Assembly: GCA_044375625.1 (NCBI GenBank)
Contig: JBILMH010000003.1
Coordinates: 1,907-65,906 of the forward strand
Direction of reading: 5' to 3'
DNA length: 64,000 bases
Source of the DNA: Alphaproteobacteria bacterium
Lineage (GTDB): Bacteria > Pseudomonadota > Alphaproteobacteria > CAISOG01
Under the pieces are notes generated by a model that saw only the letters and a program-made list of their open reading frames with translations, did not search any database and was not told where the DNA came from. Positions 60,405 through 64,000 of this stretch are shown here, in pieces (the stretch's first letter is position 1; each line of letters opens with the position of its first letter). The position numbers and the translations under genes were made by a program.

Positions 60405-61127
60405 TTACGCCATCTGAACAGAGGCTTCCTTAGGCTGGCTGGTCGCGCCGACAGGGTCTTTCAGCATATAGCCGCGTCCCCACACCGTTTCGATATAATC
60501 CTCGCCGCCCGTTACTTCCTGCAGTTTTTTGCGCAGTTTGCAGATAAAGACGTCGATGATTTTCGCCTCAGGCTCATCCATGCCGCCATACAGGTGGTTC
60601 AGGAACATTTCTTTGGTCAGGGTGGTGCCCTTGCGAATCGCCAACAGCTCCATAATCCGATATTCTTTGATGGTTAAGTGAACGGTGCGCCCATCTACCT
60701 CCACGGTTTGGGCGTCCAAATTGACCACCAGCTTGCCAATCGTAATGCGGGAGGAGGAATGCCCCTTAGAGCGGCGAATCACCGCCTGAATCCTGGACAA
60801 CAGCTCACGCCGATCAAACGGCTTGGTTAAATAATCGTCCGCGCCGCCATCCAACCCCTTAAGCTTGTCATCAATTTGCCCGCGTCCAGACAGGATCATC
60901 ACCGGCGTTTTGATGCTGGCGGAGCGCAAGCGCGCCAAGACTTTATGGCCATCAATGTCTGGCAACATCAGATCCAACAGAATCAGGTCGTAATCGTAAA
61001 TCTTGCTCATATCCAAGCCGTCCTCACCAAAATCGGTGGAGTCCACGACGTAACCACCAGCTTTCAGCACTTGCTCAAGCATTTGGGCGGTGGCGGAATC
61101 ATCCTCAATTAACAAAACGCGCATCAA
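60405..61127 (-). CDS. ctrA: Cell-cycle response regulator CtrA (OmpR family)
   Basis: Near-identical to remembered CtrA over [14 protein letters not shown]...KIYDYD...GADDY.TKPF...HLTGKEY...[38 protein letters not shown]...ETVWGRGY. Confidence 0.9.
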   Translation of the reverse strand: MMRVLLIEDDSATAQMLEQVLKAGGYVVDSTDFGEDGLDMSKIYDYDLILLDLMLPDIDGHKVLARLRSASIKTPVMILSGRGQIDDKLKGLDGGADDYLTKPFDRRELLSRIQAVIRRSKGHSSSRITIGKLVVNLDAQTVEVDGRTVHLTIKEYRIMELLAIRKGTTLTKEMFLNHLYGGMDEPEAKIIDVFICKLRKKLQEVTGGEDYIETVWGRGYMLKDPVGATSQPKEASVQMA

Positions 61128-61194
61128 ACAACCTCATCAACGGCCGTGGTGGAAACAGAAAAACAGTGGTGAAAAGCTACAATACCAAGCTTAA

Positions 61195-61209
61195 TTAACT
61201 ATCATTTAA
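61195..61209. promoter_or_regulatory. CtrA box TTAA-N7-TTAA upstream of ctrA (autoregulatory site candidate)
   Basis: ttaactatcatttaa read directly, about 70-80 bp upstream of the ctrA start, in an AT-rich promoter region. Confidence 0.5.
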
Positions 61210-61410
61210 GTTTTGCGTTAAATTTGTAAAAATATGGTTAACGTTTGCTAACGACCTTAAGAATTGCTGATAGCCAAGCCCGTGTCAGCCTTAAATTGAC
61301 CGCCTGCCATCGGGCGGGAGATGGTCAACAGATTATTACAGCCCAGGCTTGGCCAATAGCGCAAAATCAGCTATGATGGCAAAAGCACTCTAACTATATA
61401 GGAGAGCACT

Positions 61411-62115
61411 ATGCGCGGCTATAACATTTATGGCGAAAGTATTCAGGTGGTCGAAATCGTTTTGGCCGACGGGGACGAGGTTTATGCCGACCCCGGCAGC
61501 ATGGTGTATATGAGCCACGGGGTGCAGATTAACACGGGCACTGGCCGCGGCGTTCTGAGCGGTATTAAGCGGATGATCGTTGGCGAATCCTTTTTTGTGT
61601 CGCGCTTTCGCTATGACGGGGCGGGCATGGGGCGGGTGGCGTTCAGCGCGCCATTCCCTGGTAAAATCATGCCGTTAGCCCTGGATGACCACGGCGGCGA
61701 GTATATTTGTCAGAAGAATGCCTTTCTCTGTGCCACCCTGGACGTTGGTATCGGCGTCGCCTTTACCAAAAAGCTGGGCGCGGGATTTTTTGGCGGTGAG
61801 GGCTTTATTCTGCAACGGCTTAAGGGGCACGGCATGGCCTTTGTCCACGCGGGCGGCGCGATTGTGGAGCATCGGTTGGAGGCGGGCGAGCATCTGAATA
61901 TCGAAACAGGCTGCCTGGTGGGGTTCAGCGCCAGCGTCAGCTATGACATCAAATTTGTCGGCGGTTTTACCAATGTGTTGTTCGGGGGGGAGGGGTTGTT
62001 TTTTGCCCATCTGGTTGGCCCCGGATCAGTGCTGGTGCAAAGCCTACCCTTTAGCCGTCTGGTGGATCGGATTATGGAAGTGGCGGCAACCTCTCGTAAA
62101 GCTTCGGGAAGCTAA
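61411..62115 (+). CDS. AIM24/DUF124-family protein (TIGR00266-like)
   Basis: Gly-rich, beta-rich 234-aa protein whose motif spacing resembles the AIM24 family. Recalled from memory. Confidence 0.5.
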   Translation: MRGYNIYGESIQVVEIVLADGDEVYADPGSMVYMSHGVQINTGTGRGVLSGIKRMIVGESFFVSRFRYDGAGMGRVAFSAPFPGKIMPLALDDHGGEYICQKNAFLCATLDVGIGVAFTKKLGAGFFGGEGFILQRLKGHGMAFVHAGGAIVEHRLEAGEHLNIETGCLVGFSASVSYDIKFVGGFTNVLFGGEGLFFAHLVGPGSVLVQSLPFSRLVDRIMEVAATSRKASGS

Positions 62116-62119
62116 GGCG

Positions 62120-62890
62120 ATGCGAAGTCCCCGAATGCTGCCTCGTTTGTTGTTGGCCTTTATCAGCCTGCTGATGGCGGGTTGGGGTCATCAGGCACAG
62201 GCTGCACCGCCCCCGACCAGCTATGCCCCGCAGGCGCAGGCAATTCTGGATCCCCTTAGCCAGGCGTTAAAGGATCTCAGCCTGCAAAATTACAAATCCG
62301 CCCTGCCGGTGTTGCAACAATACGCCAACAACAGCCAGGTTAAGGCCATCTTTGCGCTGGCCAATCTGTACATGATGGGGCAGGGCGTGGATCAGGATCA
62401 GGCCAAGGCCGCCGATCTGTATCAAAAGGCCGCGGGTCTCGGCTTTGCCCCCGCCCAATACGCCTATGGCGGGCTGTTGGAACATGGTTGGGGTATTAAG
62501 GTTGATGAGAATTTGGCCATGCAGTGGTATGGGCGGGCGGCGGCACAGGATTTGCCCGCCGCCTGTTTTCGCCTAGGCAAAATGCTGCTGCAACGCGCGG
62601 CTAGTGATGCCAAAAAACAGGGAATTGCCTTTGCCTGGATCACCCATGCGTCGGAATTGGGCTATCCACAGGCGCACTATGATCGCGGCGTGATGCTGTG
62701 GCAGGGGAATGGCACGCCGCGTGACCGGGTGGAGGCCTATCGGTGGATTGTCAGCGCGGCGCAATCGGGGGTGGCGGAGGCGCGCAAGCTGGCCGACCAA
62801 TTGGCCGCCGTCTTGACTGGCGCAGAGCGCAGTGAGGCTTTGGCACGGGTGCGCACCACCCCCATGCCTGCCCCCATGCAGGCGCGGTAG
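62120..62890 (+). CDS. Sel1-repeat (TPR-like) secreted protein
   Basis: Signal peptide followed by repeated Sel1 motifs (A...YA.G...G.GV..D...A..WY.KAA.QG...A). Start ATG 62120, 4 bp after the AIM24 stop. Confidence 0.7.
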   Translation: MRSPRMLPRLLLAFISLLMAGWGHQAQAAPPPTSYAPQAQAILDPLSQALKDLSLQNYKSALPVLQQYANNSQVKAIFALANLYMMGQGVDQDQAKAADLYQKAAGLGFAPAQYAYGGLLEHGWGIKVDENLAMQWYGRAAAQDLPAACFRLGKMLLQRAASDAKKQGIAFAWITHASELGYPQAHYDRGVMLWQGNGTPRDRVEAYRWIVSAAQSGVAEARKLADQLAAVLTGAERSEALARVRTTPMPAPMQAR

Positions 62891-62961
62891 GGGGTAGGGG
62901 CGGCTTTTGGCTGGCGCAAAATTTTATGATAAGCCATCTCTAAATTTTAGAAAAAATTACT

Positions 62962-62989
62962 TTGACAGGCAACTTTTTGTGTTTATTGT
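62962..62989 (+). promoter_or_regulatory. Sigma70-like promoter TTGACA-N16-TATTGT upstream of small orphan ORF
   Basis: Read directly. Followed by AGGAAAGAGAG and ATG 63023. Confidence 0.35.
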
Positions 62990-63022
62990 TGACAAGGTTA
63001 AACGAATAAACAGGAAAGAGAG

Positions 63023-63340
63023 ATGGATTTGGCCTTTCAAGTAAATCTTGTTGTCGACGGAGTGGGGTGCCCCTTAAGATTTGAAAAATTTGTGGATAAT
63101 GATCGCATCAGATACGCGGCCAAAGTCGAAGAGCCGAAGGTGGCCGATGCAATCAAGGTGGCCTATGCAATCATAGAACATCTTAAAAAACCTATGGGAA
63201 TAACCGCTTTGTTTTGTGTTCAAGGCGATAGTAAAAATGGTTTTTGTAGCATTGAGATAACAAATGACGCTATGGAACATCTAAATTTTTTAGAACTTCT
63301 TAAAAATGAAGCGCTTCAACAACTGGCTCGTGCAGCTTAG
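63023..63340 (+). CDS. Small lower-GC orphan protein (105 aa)
   Basis: ORF with a promoter-like element and an RBS. No family recognised. Confidence 0.35.
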   Translation: MDLAFQVNLVVDGVGCPLRFEKFVDNDRIRYAAKVEEPKVADAIKVAYAIIEHLKKPMGITALFCVQGDSKNGFCSIEITNDAMEHLNFLELLKNEALQQLARAA

Positions 63341-63708
63341 GGGTTTTGTTGGCACTCTTAACGATATCTGCGCCACCAGCCTTAGTCGATAAACAACTGT
63401 CATCGCCTTTGCGTAGAGTCTCCGATTGCTAAGCCATAGGCCGTCTTGAGACAACCACACACCCCAGCGTGCAAACGGCTTGACCACAGCGGATACAGGT
63501 CATTAACTAAGTCTTCTTTAACCAACCGTTAACCATCGGGGTTTAGGGTCAAAGGGCGGCGGCCAGCGGTTGCTTCAGCGGCGGCTGTTGCTACGGCTGC
63601 TGTTGCCATGCCCCGAATCTGGCCACCTGTTCCACCTGAAAGACGACGACGCCCCCGTTTTCTGCTGCCCCAACCCAATACTCAAGCAAACATTTCAAGC
63701 CCATATCC

Positions 63709-64000
63709 ATGAAAATTGCCCCCTCCCTGCTATCCGCCGACTTTGCCAATCTGGGGGCATCGGCGCGGGTGGTGACGCAGGCGGGGGCAGACTGGTTGCA
63801 TTGGGATGTGATGGATGGCCATTTCGTGCCCAATTTGACCATTGGCGCCGATGTGATGGCGGCGGTGCGCCCCTATTCCGACCTGCCCTTTGATGTGCAT
63901 CTGATGATTGCCCCCGTCGATGCCTTTATCCCCCTGTTCGCTAAGGCTGGCGCCGATCGCCTGACCATTCATCCAGAAGCTGGCCCCCATCTGCATCGCA
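63709..64000 (+). CDS. rpe: Ribulose-phosphate 3-epimerase (5' part; continues beyond window)
   Basis: [16 protein letters not shown]...[16 protein letters not shown]...DVHLMI is the Rpe N-terminus. There is no stop within the window. Confidence 0.8.
   Translation, partial: MKIAPSLLSADFANLGASARVVTQAGADWLHWDVMDGHFVPNLTIGADVMAAVRPYSDLPFDVHLMIAPVDAFIPLFAKAGADRLTIHPEAGPHLHR

Overview
This is a 64-kb chromosomal segment with about 58-60% G+C by eye, and most of it is dense housekeeping coding sequence. The gene set fits an alphaproteobacterium: ctrA with an upstream CtrA box, a usg-family gene, split pntAA/pntAB/pntB, H+-pyrophosphatase (hppA) and ccmABCDE are all present. I read the genes in this order. 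A phage-derived tail and lysis module sits at the 5' end (to about 6339): partial upstream gene, two large hypothetical tail proteins, a collagen-like tail fibre, a small membrane protein, a GH108 endolysin and a 3-TM holin. Then come a DUF4399-like gene, tyrS, dxs, guaB, a Pro-rich membrane protein, ilvD and an amino-acid ABC transporter (ATPase, permease, divergent binding protein). Next are rph, a 497-aa secreted protein, and a small Cys-rich protein whose signal peptide is built from a 9-bp tandem repeat. A thioester-type alpha-2-macroglobulin and pbpC follow. Between pbpC and a SOUL heme-binding gene lies a strongly AT-rich two-gene cassette. Then come mgtA, a second AT-rich single-gene island, ccmE-D-C-B-A, a VirJ/AcvB-like hydrolase and a GT4 glycosyltransferase. 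After those: hppA, a HisC-family aminotransferase, nadA, pntAA/AB/B and groESL with a CIRCE-like operator. These are followed by usg, an AddA-like UvrD helicase without a nuclease domain, a low-GC orphan gene, a Pro/Ala-rich membrane protein, a prepilin peptidase and an FMN reductase. A third AT-rich island with two convergent orphan genes abuts ctrA, and the window ends with an AIM24-family gene, a Sel1-repeat gene, a small AT-rich orphan and the start of rpe. I saw no tRNA, rRNA, CRISPR array, transposase or integrase. The best candidates for an undescribed system are the small AT-rich insertions. Chief among them is the 28.68-29.6 kb cassette: a 72-aa ORF translationally coupled by TAATG to a 236-aa protein with an N-terminal zinc ribbon and a C-terminal HEPN-like (DUF4145-like) region, bounded by imperfect direct repeats. 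All family assignments rest on remembered motifs, not on database searches.
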